Shown piece after piece: positions 13,221 to 26,698 of a DNA stretch of 64,000 bases. The stretch lies in contig NC_082708.1 of assembly GCF_030144855.1 (NCBI RefSeq), forward strand, positions 46,686,001 through 46,750,000, written 5' to 3'. The notes under the pieces were generated by a model. That model was not told the DNA's origin, ran no database searches, and worked only from the letters and a program-made list of their open reading frames with translations. The position numbers were made by a program, and so were the translations under genes. Position 1 is the first letter of the stretch. Each line of letters begins with the position of its first letter. The DNA is from Hypanus sabinus. Lineage: Eukaryota.

Positions 13221-13822
13221 ACTCAGTGGTCACTTTATTTAGGTACAGGAATGGTCTTCTGCTACTGTAGCCTATCACTTCAAGGTTTGATGTGTTGTGT
13301 GTTCAGAAATGTTCCTCTGTACACTGCCATTGTAAGATGGTTATTTGAGTTAGCCTGCCTGTCTGCTTGAACAAATTTGGCCATTCTCCTCTGACATCTC
13401 GTTAACAAGCCATTTTCACCCACAGAACTGCTGCTCACTGGATGTTTTTCTTATTTTTCACACCATTCTCTGTAAACTCTAGAGAGTTGTGCATGAAAAT
13501 CCCAGGAGATCAGTTTCTAAGATGCTCAAACCAGCCCATCTGGCAATAACAATCGTTCCATGGTCAAACTCACTAAGATTACACTATTTCCCTATTCTGT
13601 CGGATGCTGCCCGACCTGCTGAGTTCATCCAGCTTTTTTGTACATCTTGATTTGACCACAGCATCTGCAGTGCACTTTGTGGTCCCTATTCTGATGTTTG
13701 GTCTGAACATTAACTGAAACTCCTGACCAAATTTGCATGCTTTTATGCATTGAGTTGCTGCCACATGATTAGATATTTGCATTAATGAGCAGGCGTACAG
13801 GTATATCTCATGAAGTGGCCAC
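13221..13822. mobile_element. Tc1-derived non-autonomous element (MITE), copy 1
   Basis: Ends actcagtggtcactttatttaggtaca / gaagtggccac. Collinear with 19126-19638. Holds an insertion at 13600-13682. Confidence 0.85.
13600..13682 (+). mobile_element. Short Penelope terminal-repeat-derived insertion (3' part only)
   Basis: gatgctgcccgacctgctgagttcatccagc...cagcatctgcag, flanked by an 11-bp TSD tccctattctg (13589-13599 and 13683-13693). Confidence 0.8.
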
Positions 13823-14189
13823 ATATATTTAAATTACTTGTATTAACCTCTTAGAAATATTAATCAGTATGTTCTTGGTTGTCATATTTACTGAAATACT
13901 CTAGTATAAGTTCATTTGCTGCAATCTGAATAATTTATATCATTAAGCTGAATCCAAGTGGCAATACATTTTAAGTTTGTATTTTTACATAACACATATC
14001 AATTTATGAAGGTAATACTTTTTACATTAGAGATTAGAATGTTGAGTTAGAGGACCAGCTCATGACTATTTTTCACAATTTCTCTAAAATTTACATTGCA
14101 AAAAATATACCCAGCTGTATTTTTTCACCTTTTGTAGATTCAGCTGTTGTTCCTTAAATGAAAATTGTGTGTTATTAAGCGATATTATG

Positions 14190-14195
14190 AATAAA
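14190..14195 (+). terminator. Candidate distal CRYL1 poly(A) signal AATAAA
   Basis: Canonical hexamer about 1.1 kb after the stop in AT-rich unique sequence. Confidence 0.35.
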
Positions 14196-14409
14196 AAGTT
14201 AAATAATGAATGTCATACAGTTCATATCTAACTCCAATACTTTGAGGGTGTAGATTTGGAAACACCTTTTTAATGTAAATATATCAGTAAAAGGTGTCTC
14301 TGGAATTTGGCCTTGTTTTGTGCATTCTCTAAGATCTTGTTATCCTCGCATTTTCTACAGATAGATTCACCAGATGGTTCACAAAAAGATATTTGGACAA
14401 AGTTCAGTG

Positions 14410-16430
14410 CCAGTCCATTAGGAAAGACAATTAAATGTTCAGTATGCTTTAAGGAAGGTTTTAAAGGATGAACAGGAATTGGGAGAAACTAGAAGAGGGA
14501 ATTTCAGCATAGAATCTGGGGTACATAATAATTGGCAATTGCAGCTGCTCAGTATGAGGTGAAGGTTAAAGACTCCACAGATCTTAGATTGTAAAATAGC
14601 TGATATTGATTATAAAGAAGACAAGGACTTGGTGGTTTTAGTTACAGAAAAGTAGATGTCCAAAGTATTTCCAAGAGTGCTGGAGGTTTAGACATTAGGA
14701 TGATAATTACACTGAAATTGAATCTGGAAGTAACGGATAGATGAGGGTTTGGAAACAGATATGTAATGTTACAGATATTATTGTGTTTTTTTTGTGATTA
14801 TTAAGAAGATGGAATCAGTTTAAAGTCAAATGCAATACAGTAATTGTACAGAATCAGGACTTGGCAGAAAATGCTCAATTTTAGTATGAAACTTAACCCC
14901 ATTTAAACATTGTGGCCATCAACACAGGTGAGGAAGTGATTTATTTCCTGATTTATTTTATGATATGGGCACATTTATACCTGTTACATTATCTTGAAAT
15001 GGTGCCCCTAGAATTCCGCTTTAACTATTATAGTCCCTATTGTAGAGTTCCCATAATGGATAAATTATGAATCTCGAAGGTCAAAGAGTGAGGCTGCAGC
15101 TGGTTTGAGTGTTAAAATTATCAGAGTAGGTTCTGTTTCAGACTTGACATTTGCTAAAAATATTGCAGAAAGCAGTTACTGGCATCAATGATGTGATAGC
15201 ATCAGTGAAGATAGTTCACTGCTGTTGAGTTGATCCAGTACATTTTCTCCTGATTCCACTGAACTGCGTCTATATTATTGTGACTGGACCTATTTGGCTT
15301 TGCTAAATGTTCCATCTTACTTCATACATGACTTTATTGGTTGAAGGGGTCACATGAAATATTCCCCTGGAGAGTCATTATTGCAAAGTACAGAGCCGCT
15401 GTCATACAGATGCTGGAATTGACTAGTTATAACAATTGCTTGTTGGTATTTAAATCCACACTGCAGTTTCTCTAATCCTTGCACCCCTCCCTGTTTAGAA
15501 GAGGTTAGTCATTAAGTGGGAAAAATGTTTATATTCTGCTATTTGATGAATTGAAAGGTGATAACAAGCTCAGGCTGTTGTTTTCCTACTTAATAAATCC
15601 AAGACATTTCATTGTTATCAAATAACAGGTACAATGCATGGTACAATGGTTGGCTATCAAAATTAGAAAATATTTTGGAGCACCACAACAGCTTTAAGCA
15701 GTGGCTTCCAGTGTTACAGAGAGTAATATTCAGGTGAAAAAGAGCTGGAATTGTAGTAATGCAGGTGTCTGGGCTGGTTGTATGAACGGAAATGAAGATT
15801 AGGGTTATTGTAGCTTATTGAGTTTAAGGTGTTGGGCAATAGGATAGATACTTGCAGACAGCTGAATTTTTCAATGAGTTTAAGTTTACAGAGCAGGATC
15901 AGTAAGGCCAGACAGGAGTATGATGGTCAAAAGTTTAGGAATAACAGATAAAGATCAAGATTGGAACATCAGATGAACTGGGACAGGGACAGAAAATAGG
16001 CTTGGAAGTCGATAGACTTTGGCATAAAAATGTGGTCAAAGAACATCATAGTCAAGCATATGAAGTTTATAAACAGTTTGATTCAGTTTCATCTATTTAC
16101 AGAAGTATGGTGTAGTTGAAGACCTGAGTTGTCAGACTGTGCAAAGATGATAGCTTTGGGTGTTGGTCTAGTATTTGTATGAAATCGCTTGGATGGTTTG
16201 AGAATTGGTGATATAAAGCAGAGTATTGTCAATGTACATGTATAAATAAGACATAGGAGAGGTCCAAGGCTGGATCTGTGGGTGATTCCAGATATGAAAG
16301 TACAGGATTGAAAAGAGATGCCATTGTTTGTGATTCATCAGCTATAGTTACGAAAGGAGCTAGGTGAGTGCAGTTGCACCCCAACAGCAGAGAGGGAGAA
16401 TTTGTAAATATTTATGGTCAAATGATGCAA
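14410..16430 (-). mobile_element. Highly decayed L2/CR1-type LINE remnants
   Basis: Patchy antisense RT-like segments, e.g. ggaggtccaaggctggatctgtgggtgattcc and tattgtcaatgtacatgta. Confidence 0.35.
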
Positions 16431-16904
16431 GTAGGAAAAGTGCAGTTCATTATGTTCTCTGCCCAAACTTTGATTTTTTTTTTTCAGTTTTCCCATTGAC
16501 TGTCATGGAGTCAATTATTGTAAGAAGTGCAGAATAGCTAATATAAGAGTAATTGTTGGTTCTAACTTTTCACAAGAGATCACTGCAGCTGCTAGTTTTG
16601 TACTGGGGCACAAGAGTAATTTCAAAAGAGATTAATGTTTGGCCTATAATAGCTACTGAACATTTTCCCTTTTGATCTTATGCTATATTTTATCTAGCAT
16701 ATTTGGTCAGCTGTTATCTTAATATTTAGGACAGTTATTCTCGTGCAGAGCTCTGCTTGACAGTGTTTTTCTGATAGAATTCAAAGCATATTGAGAGAAC
16801 TGTGATATGTTGGTGCAACCCATCATAAGATGCTCAATGGAAAAACATTGAGGAGCGGGTCCTTTCCATCCCCATACAAGCAATTTGGCTGATAACAACC
16901 TGCA

Positions 16905-17930
16905 AAGGTACATAAATACTATTGATTACCCATGGGTGAAATTGACTCTTAAAATATGGAAAACTACTGTAAAAGAATATAATCTAGGGAATATATATAA
17001 GAATATATTGCAATTCTTAAATGGTGTGCATATGACTCGGATTTTACACCAAATAAATTGGATGCTAGATTTAAGGACTGGACAGCTAAAGGATTAACAG
17101 TTCTTTGCAATATAATTAAAGAAGGGACACTGTTCAGTTTTGAAATGCTTAAAGAGAAACACTTAATAGAAAAACAAGATTTTTATCAGCATTTACAGAT
17201 GCGACAATATGTTAAAAAGACGCTTAAAAATGTAACCAAGGCAAGTACATGCTTGATAGAGCTATTTAGAAAAGCATATAATTCAGATAATGGTAGTAGA
17301 ATCATTTCAAGCATGTATAAGGAGTTGTCAAATCTTAAAACACATTCAACTTCATACATTAAAACAAAATAGGAGAAGGAAAGAGGGATAATTATATCTG
17401 AGGAAGAATGGACAAAAATATGGAGGTATCAATGGAAGTATACCAGTTCACAGAAATGCAGGGCGTTTGGATGGAAAAAATTGATAAGATTTTATTACAC
17501 CCTCTCAGAAATCCCATTATGATAGTAACTTCTGTTTGCTGGAGAAATTGTGGAAATCAAAATACAAATCATCATCATATTTTTTGGGACTGCCCTGTTA
17601 TCAAAGACTATTGGAGGGGGATACACAATGCCCTACAAGACATCTTTAAATGTAAAATACCCTTGGAGAGTAAGACCATATATCTTGGATATATACCTCA
17701 AGAATGGTTGAAAAGAGATAAATATTTAATGAATATACTGTTGGAGCCTGGTAAAAAGACCCTTACTAGGAAATGGTTATCACAGGAGAGCCCAACTTTA
17801 AATGCATGGATGGAAATTACAATGGACATTTACAAAATGGAGAAGATAACAGCATTTGTTAATCATAAACTGGAACAATTTGATTCATACTGTGGAAAAA
17901 TGGTTTAACTGCATAATGCCTCATAGGCAT
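16905..17930 (+). mobile_element. L1/Tx1-clade LINE, ORF2 C-terminal fragment
   Basis: DARFKDWTAKG, CCHC-type knuckle CWRNCG...HIFWDC, KKTLTRKW...P...W; frameshifted. Confidence 0.85.
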
Positions 17931-18085
17931 ATGTTCTACTCAGTCATGGGTATAGAGAGAGTAGAACAATGGGCTAAGCACACATCGTTGAGGTGCACCA
18001 GTGTTGATTTTCAGCAAGGACGAGATGATATTTCCAAACTGCATTGAATCTGGTCTGCCAGTGGGGAAGTCAAGGAGGTAATTGA
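17930..18085 (-). mobile_element. Rex1 RT fragment
   Basis: gggctaagcacacatcgttgaggtgcaccagtgttg matches 44250-44285. Confidence 0.7.
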
Positions 18086-18209
18086 ATTGGTGTTGCTTGA
18101 TGTGGCTATTACCTGCTTTTGCTATTACTTTATTAACAACTTAAAGGAGAATGAAGTGGTAGTAATTGTTATGTTAAATTTATCCTGCATTTTACAAATG
18201 AAACTGAAC

Positions 18210-18790
18210 AGTATAGCACAGGAATAAATCCTTCAGCCTACAATGTTGTGCCAAACTAATTCAGATAGTGATTAAATACCTAACTAAATAAGATTGATAT
18301 GCCTATCTAAGAACCTATTAAACATTCTATCATATTTGCCTTTGCAGTCACCATTGGCAGCACATCCAGACAACCTCCACTCTGTTCACTTACAAAAAGT
18401 AGTTGTCCCCTCTTACCCTAAATGTAGGCTCTCTAGTATAAACACTCCAACCCTGGTAAAAGGATGCTAGTTGTCTACTCTTATCTATCTATGTCTGTGG
18501 TAGTCTTTAACCTTCATCAGGTCTCCCCTCTGCCTCCACCACTTCAGAGAGAACAACCCATCAGAGTAAAGGCCCATTCTGCACCAGTCAAGGAAATAAT
18601 CAGGTGAATCTACTAAAATAAACAAACCCATGAGAGTAAAACTGCATGTACTCATCCAGTTAGTCTCAATTAAATCTTGGCTAAGCTCGCTATAGTTGTA
18701 GCAAGATTTACTTTTGTATTCTATTCCCTTGAAATAAGGATCAACATTCTGTTTATTGCCCTAATAACTAATGTAGATACAAACTTTGTC
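18210..18790 (-). mobile_element. CR1 3' fragments
   Basis: Antisense CR1 3' UTR and ORF2-end sequence. Confidence 0.5.
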
Positions 18791-19125
18791 TCCTATGAAA
18801 GAAACATCTATGTATGTACGGAAGTGCAGACTTTACATTTCACTTAGTTGCGCTTCATTTGAAAACTTTTTATCATTCAATTACTGAGTCAGATGAATAT
18901 TGAGTTTGGAAGGCTGTAACATGTCATACAGACGTTGAATTGCCTTTCCTCAAGCTCACGTACGGCTGGACTGTAACTCTGCAATCAGAGTGGTTGAGGG
19001 CTGGCAATGGGCTCAAAGTCACGCCTGCAGTCTGAATGCAGGTGACCTGTAAAACGGTCACTCTACTGTGTTTGGTTTCTCCAATATAGGGGAGATCTCA
19101 CTGTGAATACCAAAGAAGTACACTG

Positions 19126-19638
19126 CACTCGGTAGCCACTTTGTTAGGTACCTATGAGGTATGTTGTAGTTTTCTGCTGTAGCCCATCTACTTCAAGGTT
19201 TGATACTTTATGCATTACTGTCCTGTCACCACTGATGTAATGTGTGATTATTTGAGTTACTGTTACCTTCCTGTCAGCTTGAACCTCTGACCTTCCTCAT
19301 TAACAAGGTATTTTCACCAATAGAACTGCCACTCATTGGATTTTTTCTTTGTTTTTCGCACCATTCTCTGTAAACTCTAGAGACTGTTGTGTGAAAATCC
19401 CAAGAGATCAGCAATCTGAGATGGTCAAACCAGCCTGTCTAGAACCAACAAACATTCCATGGTCAAACTCACTTAGATCACGTTTCTTCCTCATTCTGAT
19501 GTTTGGTCTGAACAACTGATCCTCTTGACCATGTCTGCATGCTTCTATGCATTGAGTTGCTACCACATGATTGGCTGATTAGATATTTGCATTAATGAGC
19601 AGGTGTACCAGTGTACCTAATAAAGTGGCCACTGAATG
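19126..19638. mobile_element. Tc1-derived MITE, copy 2, inserted in a Penelope remnant
   Basis: TIRs cactcggtagccactttgttaggtac / gtacctaataaagtggccactgaatg, followed by TA. Confidence 0.85.
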
Positions 19639-21029
19639 TACATAGGAAGAAGTTCAAGTGAATCACTGCTTTACCTGGAAAGTGAGAAGAGAAGGGAAGA
19701 GGTGAAAGAACAATTATTGCTTCTCCTGCAGTGTGTTCACAATGCAGTCTAATCTACACTGGAGAATTGATTCAATCATCAGCAGACACTTCAGAACCCA
19801 CTTTGAACAAATGCATTTCATCTTTGAATTTGACAGATTATTTAAGAAAGTATATCTTTTCAAACAGATCTGACTTCCCAACTGATTCTCTCTCCTACCT
19901 TTCTATCAGTGTCAAACATGTAAGTACTGAACTTCCTATTCATTTCAGTCACTAATATTAATTATGCATAGTGCAGATCCCAGAACGTTCTTGAGGTAGC
20001 ACACTTGTTAAGCCATTCATTTTCACATTGGCAAGTTCCATCTCACTTAACCAAGCTCACCTTAACTGTAAGATATGAATCCTGCATGGCATTTTATGGA
20101 ATACCCAGCACACCATATTCACTTCTCCTCTTTATCAATGCTGCAAATTACATAATTGACAAACTCTAAATTTGTTAAATAAAAGCATAATGCGGGATAT
20201 GCTTGGGTTGGGCAATGAGGAGAGGAGTGGTTTCTGTTTTGATTCAGTTGTCTTTCGTTAAAACTATGTTGCCTCTTATCACTTGCATGATAATAGTTTA
20301 CACAATGAAATTAGACTAATTGGATTGTAGTTGCCTGTTTTCTCTTTCCCGCCCCCACCTCTTTGAATATTGGTGCTGCATCTACTGTTTCCATTCTGCT
20401 TGGGCCTTTCCAGACTTGACGGAATTTTGGAGGATGTATTCAACACCTACTCCATCTTCTCAGCCATCTCTCAATGCTAGGTCAGAGGCCAGCTGATCCA
20501 GGGGATTTCTATATCCTTGATCCCATTACTTTGCTGAGTACTTTTTAATTATGAAAAAACTCTTCTTGGGCTTCCATCTGTGTATAGGCATCGAAAATAA
20601 CCGATGTTTTGATGACAATTTCCACCATCTTTATCAGGGATGATGAAACATTGGTTATAATCAACACCTGTACCTGGCTTGAAGCCCAAGATGAGTTTAT
20701 TCATCATATATGCTGGACAAACACTAGATCCTTTTTTTAATTACAGATATTAATCATTAATATATTAGTAATATTAATATTAATCATTCCACATTATTGC
20801 CTCTTGGTTAACTACTGTTTTTTTATATACATTGTCTTTTACTGTAATGTCAAACCATATATCTGATGACTCTGCTGTTTCATTATTACCCTTTATTAAT
20901 TAACTGTAGTGAATTTACAAATTATGCCTATAGTGTACAGTATATGCCTTTATTATGAACTCCTGCACTTGAGTTTGCATTGTTCCATAGTGAGCAACTG
21001 GTTCTCTGACCGTAGACTAGCCTGAGTAT

Positions 21030-24026
21030 AGTGGCTTGAATCGTAATTCAATGCGAGACCTGCATCCAGCTGCAGCTTCTAACACTTCGTGTTATGGAGT
21101 CAAAGCTGAAACTGAAGGCTGAAGGGCTGATAGATAGAACATAAAGAGAGGTATTTATACCCAAGGTGCAGGACACAGGAAACCGGGTGACAGTCAGGAA
21201 GGGGAAAGGGATTAAGGAGCCAGTGCAGACTACCCCTGTGGCCGTCCCCCTCAACAACCGGATACTGTTTTGGGGGGAAGGATTAGCAGAGGAAAGTCAG
21301 TGGTTAGATGTTTGATACTGAGTCTGGCTCTGCAACTCAGATGGGAAGGGAGGAGAAGACGAGAGATGTGGTAATAGGGGATTAATTAGTTTGGGGAACA
21401 GAAAGAAGGTTATGTGGATGAGAATGAGATTTCCAGATGGTATGTTGCCTCCCAGATGCCAGGGTCCAGGACAGCTTGGATCTAGTCCTCAGCATTCTTC
21501 AGTGGGAAGTTGAATAGACAGAGATCATGATCCATGTAGGTATTAATGACATGGGTAGGAACAGTGATGAGGTTCTGCGTAATGAGTTCAGGGAGATGGG
21601 TGCAAAGTTAAGGGACAGGATTTCCAGGATTGTGATTTCAGGCTAGCTACCTGTGCCATGTGCTAATGAGGCCAGAAATAGAAAGGTTGTACAGTTTAAG
21701 ATGTGGCTAAGGAGTTGGTGCAGGAGGGAGGGCTTCATATTTTTGGTTCATCGGGCTCTCATTTAGGGAAAGTGGGAGCTGTACAGAAAGGATGGTTTGT
21801 GCCTGAACTGGAAGGGAACTGATATCTTAGTAGAAAGGTTTATTAATACTTTGGGGGGGGGGGGGTTGAACCGTATTTGCAGGGGATGAAAGTCAGAATG
21901 CTAGAACAGTTAATGGAGAGGTTGTAGAAACATGGTTAAGGCCTCAGACAAAGTCAGGAACCAAAAGTTTGAGCATGGTGCGACTAATGACCTGAGCTGT
22001 GTATACTTCAATGCAAGAAGTAGCGTAGGTAAGGCAGATACACTCGGGATGGATCAACATCTGGAATTATTATATTGTAGCCTTTCGGGAGGCTTGGTTG
22101 CAGGAGGGACAGGACTAGCAGTTCAATATTCCATAGTTTTAGATGCGACACAGTGGGGGAGATTAACGGAGGAGGGGTGTTATTACTACACAGGGAAAAT
22201 GTCACGGCAATGCTCAGTCAGGACAGATGGGAGAACTCAGCCAGTGAGGTGTTATGGGTGGAACTGAGGAATAAGAAAGGTATGATCACGTTAATGTGGT
22301 TATTTTACAGACCATCCAACAGTCTGAGGGATTTTGAGGAACAAATTTACAGGTTATTATACTAGGTGATTTTAACTTTCCACATATTGACTGAGACTCC
22401 CATACTGTAGAAGGTCTAGATGGGATAGAGTTTGTCAAACGAGTTTCAGAAAGTTTCTGTAATCAGTACATAGATGTTCCAATGAGAGCTCATGCGATAC
22501 TTGATCTGCTATTAAGGAGTGAGACCAGGCAGGTGACAGAAGTTTGTGTAGAGGAACACTTTGTATCTAGTGATCACAATTCAAAATAAATATGGAAATA
22601 GATAGGTCTGGTCCACCAGTTGAGATTCTAAATTGAAGAAAAGCCAATTTTAATGGTAGCAGAAAAGATCTGGCAAGTGTGGATTGGGACAGGCTGTTTT
22701 CTGGCAAAGGTGTACATGATAAGTGGGAGGCCTTCAACAAAGAAATTCTGAGAGTACACAGCTTGCATGTGCTTGTCAGTATAAAAGGTAAAGATAATAG
22801 GTATAGGGAATCTTGATTTTCAAAAGATTTTGTCTCTGGTTAAGGGGGTGGGGGGAAATGAGGTGCATGGCAAATATAGGCAGTTAGGAACAAATGAGGT
22901 GTTTTTGAAGCATAAGAAATGCAAGAGAACACTTAAGAAAGAAATTGAGGGCTAAAAGAAGGCATGAGGGTGCCTTGGACAAGGTGGAGGAGAATCCTGA
23001 GGGATTCTACAGATATGTTAAAAGCAAAAGGATTGGAACAGACAAATTTGGTCCTCTGGAAGATCAAAATGGTGATCCATGTGTGGAGCCAAAGGAGATG
23101 GGGCGAGGTTAAATAATTTTTTTTTTTGCATCTGTATTCACTCAGGGATAGACAAAGAGTCCATAAAAATGAGACAAAGTGACTTCAACTTCATGAACCC
23201 TGTACAGATTACAGAGAAGGAGGTGTTGCAGTCCTGAGGCAAATCAGGGTGGGTAAGTCCCCAGCGCCTGACGAGCTGTTCCCTTGGACCCTATGGGAGG
23301 CAAGTGAAGAAATTGCCGTGGCCTGAGCAGAGAAATTTAAATCATCCTCAGCAACAAGTGAGTTACCAGAGGATTGGAGGATAGCTGATATTATCCCATT
23401 GCTTAAGAAAGGCTGTAAAAATAAATGAAGTTATAGGCCGGTAAGCCTGAGATCCATTGTGGGAAAGTTATTGGAAGATATTCTAAAGGACCAGATATTT
23501 CAGTATTTGTATAGACATGGACTGATTATGGATAGTCTGCATGGCTTTGTGTGTGGTGGGTCATATCTAACCAATCTTATAGACTTTTTCGAGGAAGTTA
23601 CCAGGAAAGTGGATGAAGATAAGGTAGTGGATGTTGTCCGCATGGACTCTAGCAAGGCATTTGACAAGTTCCTGCAAGGGAAGCTGGTCAAGAAGGTTCA
23701 GTCACTCGGCATTCAGGATGAGGTAGTAAATTGGATTAGACATTGGCTTTGTGGGAGATGCCAGAGAGTGGTAGTAGATGGTTGCCTCTCTGACTGGAGG
23801 CCTGTGACTAGTGGAGTGCCGCAGGGATTGGGACTGGATCCATTGAAGTCATCTATATCAATGATCTGGATGATAATGGTGGTTAATTTTGATCAACAAA
23901 TTTGCGGATGACACCAAGATTGGGGGTGTTGTGGACAACAAGGAAGGCCATCATGGCTTCCAGCAGGATCTGGACCAGCTGGAAAAATGGGCTGAAAATT
24001 GGCAGATGTAATTTAATGCAGACAAG
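21030..24026 (+). mobile_element. CR1 LINE (ORF1 esterase-like domain plus ORF2), 3'-truncated
   Basis: ORF1 remnants (VVIGD, MVCCLPDARVQD), endonuclease (CVYFNARS, GGGVLLL, WVELRNKKG), RT (TNLIDFFEEVT, KAFDK, SGVPQG, FADD). Confidence 0.9.
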
Positions 24027-24185
24027 TCCATCGTCCATTGATAAAGGCTGGCGTCACCCATCTTGTAAAGACCCTGGACAGAATAAGGCAATGAAAACCA
24101 CTTCTGTACAAAAATTTGCCAGAAACAATCACAGTCATGGAAGAACCATAATCACCCACGTCTTATGACATGGCATCAAACGATT
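24027..24185 (+). mobile_element. RTE-related SINE/LINE 3' fragment
   Basis: aaggcaatgaaaaccacttctgta resembles the BovB/Sauria-SINE-type 3' domain. Confidence 0.5.
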
Positions 24186-24560
24186 GATAGTGAGGTCTAA
24201 CAGTGGTCAGTAATTTTCCTCCTTGGGCAAAGTATAGAACTAAAGTTCTGTAACTGTCCTTCAATCTAGAATGTGGTATGTGGGTCAATATTGTTCTGTG
24301 GTATGGAAGGTAGTGTTAAATTGTCAAGTCATCAGTTGCTCATCATGTGAGGTAGTACATATCTGGTGTTCTGTTGAAACTTTGTGGCACATTACCTAAA
24401 ATATATCTCTGCAGGGATTATTTCTTAGCTTTCTATAAAATGTCAAGTTCCTCATCCACTGCCACATCTTTAAGCTTCCTTCTGTGTCTTGCTTGTGCCC
24501 ATCTTCTAACAAAGCAATACTTAAGATATTTCATTTTAAATTAACTCTGATTTTATAATT

Positions 24561-26455
24561 CCAAGATGGCGGCGCGACGCAGCTTGCAGCGGCCACTCCA
24601 GAGCTGATTATCTGTTATTTGTGAAGTGGGCTGCCATGCGCAATCATAATCGATTGAAAACGGATGTGGGAGCACGGAGGAACATCGGGAAATCTACAGG
24701 AAGACCTTCTTCGTTGCTGCTGTGAGGTCCGGGACTCCGCTGGGAAGAACAGGCCCCCAGTCCTTGGGGTCGCGTTGCCGACGGCCGTTGGCGGGGCCGT
24801 CTTAATACGCTCGGCAGAGGATGGTCGTCGGCTCGGAGGTTTGACAGACTCACAGTCCGGTGTGGTCAGGTCGCTTTCACTGTGTGCTGTGTCTGCAAGC
24901 CTGAATCAGGTGGCGCCGTGGAAGTCCATAGCAGAGGTATTCCCTTCTGCCGCTGGCGTGGGATGGTGAGTCTTTCGGGACCCTGGGGACTTGTAGAAAC
25001 TGTGTGGTGATTTCTTTTGAACTTATAGTCTTTTAACATCTTTGGACTATTTTTACTGTGCCCATAGACCAGGGGTAGGCAAACTTTTTGACTTGTGGGC
25101 CACAAAGGGTTCTAAAATTTGACAGGGGGGCCGGATCAGGAGCAGATGGACGGAGTGTTTTGGTAATACACCTCATAAGAGAAAATAAAATATCATGGGA
25201 TATGTAGAAAACATGTGCTTTAATTTCAATTGAAAATGAACAAATGCATTACAACAAAATATCTGTCTTTGAAGTCCCATGGTATTTAGCTATTTATTGA
25301 AATGACTTTTAAAACACTGAAAATTAAATGAATAAAATACAGCTTTTTTTAATAGTAACAGTTATTTTAAAGCACTGAAAATTCTGTTATCCTTCAAGAT
25401 ATTATCATCATCACTCTCCTCCTGACTGTCTTTATTTCAAAAACGGTAGGAGATGCAGGTCTACTTGTCCTACTCCTTTTTATTCAATTGTCCCCTGTGC
25501 CAAAACTCAACAACGACCAGCACAAGGACAGAACAGTGACAGTGCACCAGTATGTGGAGCGTGTTATTTGATCTGGAGCGCATTTTTTATTTTGAGAACG
25601 TATGTGCACCTGCGCACTACTCATGTCCATCACTTAACAGAAATGACATGTAACATGGAAGGCTTATTGAAAAAAATATTTTCAAATGCATTTTTTACAT
25701 AACACAACGAAGAAACTTATTTTTAATTTCAGTGGGAACAGTGTTGTTGGTCTCCCTTTTTAGCCAGCGCATCAAAGTCTGGATTTAGTTTTGTTGTGGC
25801 GATTCTCAGGAAGGATCTGAGGTGTTGGTCAGTTAACTTGGATCTGTGGCTGGCTTTGTTGATGTTCATGACGCTGAATGCCTGTTCACACAAATAGGTC
25901 GAGCCGAACAAAGAGTAAAGCGCAAATGTGGAGTAATACGCTGCACCTCAACAAAGGTCAATGTATATAGAGTGCGTCATCTATTGGGAAAACGCCAGAA
26001 TTGCGGGGAAAAAACGTTAACAAGGTTTATTAATATAATTTCATCAAGTTCTGCGGGCCGGATTAAAAAGCTTAACGGGCTGCATATGGCCCCCGGGCCG
26101 TAGTTTGCCCATGCCTGCCATAGACTGTTTTTTTTGATCAATTATGCTATTGTTTGCACTGTTGTAACTATATGTTGTAATTATGTGGTTTTGTGCAGGT
26201 CTTGAAGCTTTAGTTTTTGGTTTTGTTTTGTCTGGTGGATTTGGAGCTCCTTTCCGGGGAACGCGCTAAGACAGTAGCGTGATACTAATACGCAGCAGCC
26301 TCTCCGGACTCTGGATTGGGGATTGCCAAACGTTATGTGGATTTTGTGGTGTAGTCTGTTTTGTCATATGCTTTTGTGATATCATTCTGGAGGAACGTTG
26401 TCTCATTTTTTAACTGCATTGCATTTGTGACAAATAAACTGAATCTGAATCTGAA
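24561..26455 (+). mobile_element. Non-coding, CpG-rich, LINE-dependent element (about 840 bp without its insert)
   Basis: Starts CAAGATGGCGGC and ends AATAAA plus about 3x CTGAAT. A 3' fragment of the same family lies antisense at 45565-45875. Confidence 0.75.
25070..26117 (-). mobile_element. hAT (Buster/Charlie-like) deletion derivative
   Basis: TIRs CAGGGGTAGGCAAACT / CAGGCATGGGCAAACT; perfect 8-bp TSD ccatagac with central TA; transposase C-terminal remnant FGSTYLCEQAFSVMNINKASHRSKLTD (25729-25911). Confidence 0.92.
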
Positions 26456-26662
26456 ATTTAATCTTTTTTTTAAATTGCCTTTTATACAGTTAACTTCACT
26501 TTATACAAAGCCTTTTCAATATGGTAATTCATTGCAGAGGACTATAACCTTAAAATTCTATCAGTTAAATTGGAAAAGATAAAATATTAGAAAAGTAACA
26601 AGTCAAGCAGGATTCTTGAAACATGAAATTAATGTTTTAGGCTAAAGAACTTACAATTTTTA

Positions 26663-26698
26663 AGTCCTGATGAAGGGTCTCAATCTGAAACGTCGACT
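26663..26698 (+). ncRNA. Minimal type I hammerhead ribozyme motif (Penelope type)
   Basis: Stem I agtc/gact, core CUGAUGA, weakened stem II, GAAA, palindromic ACGU, GUC cleavage triplet. Activity untested. Confidence 0.65.

Noticed and set aside
17058-17908. Zinc-finger protein gene
   Set aside because: Frameshifted C-terminus of an L1/Tx1 ORF2 with its CCHC-type knuckle.
24644-25105. GC-rich ORFs or a host CpG-island gene
   Set aside because: They lie inside a repeated non-coding element and show no domain similarity.
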